Of a stretch of 64,000 bases of DNA, positions 63,780 through 64,000 are shown in pieces. A model generated the notes under the pieces. It made no database searches and was not told the origin of the DNA. It saw nothing but the letters and a program-made list of their open reading frames with translations. The stretch is from Podarcis bocagei (taxonomy: Eukaryota), in assembly GCA_964188305.1 (NCBI GenBank), contig OZ076903.1; one strand, given 5' to 3'. Each line of letters starts with the position of its first letter. Position 1 is the first letter of the stretch. The translations under genes were made by a program, and so were the position numbers.

Positions 63780-63920
63780 CCCTGGGATAGCTCAGTTGGC
63801 AGAGCATAAGACTCTTAAATTCAGGTCGTGCATTTGAGCCCCATCTTGGGGGGAAAGATTCCTGAATTATAGGGGGTTGGACCAGTTGACACTTGTGGTC
63901 CCTTCCAACTTTACAATTAC
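63780..63920 (+). mobile_element. tRNA-Lys(CTT)-derived SINE with CR1-type tail
   Basis: TAGCTCAGTTGGCAGAGCATAAGACTCTTAA matches the tRNA-Lys 5' half, followed by the CR1 3' motif GGGGGTTGGACCAG..GGTCCCTTCCAACT. Confidence 0.75.
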
Positions 63921-64000
63921 ACATCTGGAGAATGCTGGGGGAAATATTGGGAAAGTTGTTTGTTTGTTTTTAACTACCCACTTTTTTTTAAAGAAGAAAA

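Noticed and set aside
63780-63852. Possible tRNA-Lys gene
   Set aside because: The T-arm/B box is degenerate and it is fused to a CR1 tail, so it is a SINE head

Overview
Vertebrate non-coding DNA, almost certainly from a squamate and probably a lacertid lizard. It carries Sauria SINEs with (ACCTTT)n tails, Squam3-type SINEs with (CTT)n tails, a tRNA-Lys/CR1 SINE, and L2, CR1, RTE and L1 fragments. I recognise no host protein-coding exon or structural RNA gene, so the window reads as a large intron or gene desert. The few recognisable peptides are transposon relics: an RTE C-terminal zinc finger, L1 zinc knuckles, L2 RT and a hAT dimerisation domain. The window is dense in MITEs (Tc1/mariner-Tigger type with TA TSDs, hAT type with 8-bp TSDs) and solo LTRs, several of them nested. 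The main candidate for a new system is a set of four diverged LTR-like units (31.6, 43.5 and 54.6 kb, each ~0.8 kb, plus a partial copy at 58.7 kb). They share a covarying RNA fold: an ENE-like hairpin with a U-rich internal loop, and long-range helices that bring the poly(A) signal back next to it. Other notable items are a young Penelope-like fold-back with a hammerhead-like core, a 1.7-kb L1-derived non-autonomous element nested in a hAT MITE, a hAT MITE family carrying TTAGGG units, and a solo LTR with a possible encoded peptide. All family assignments come from motif recognition by eye; no database search was run.
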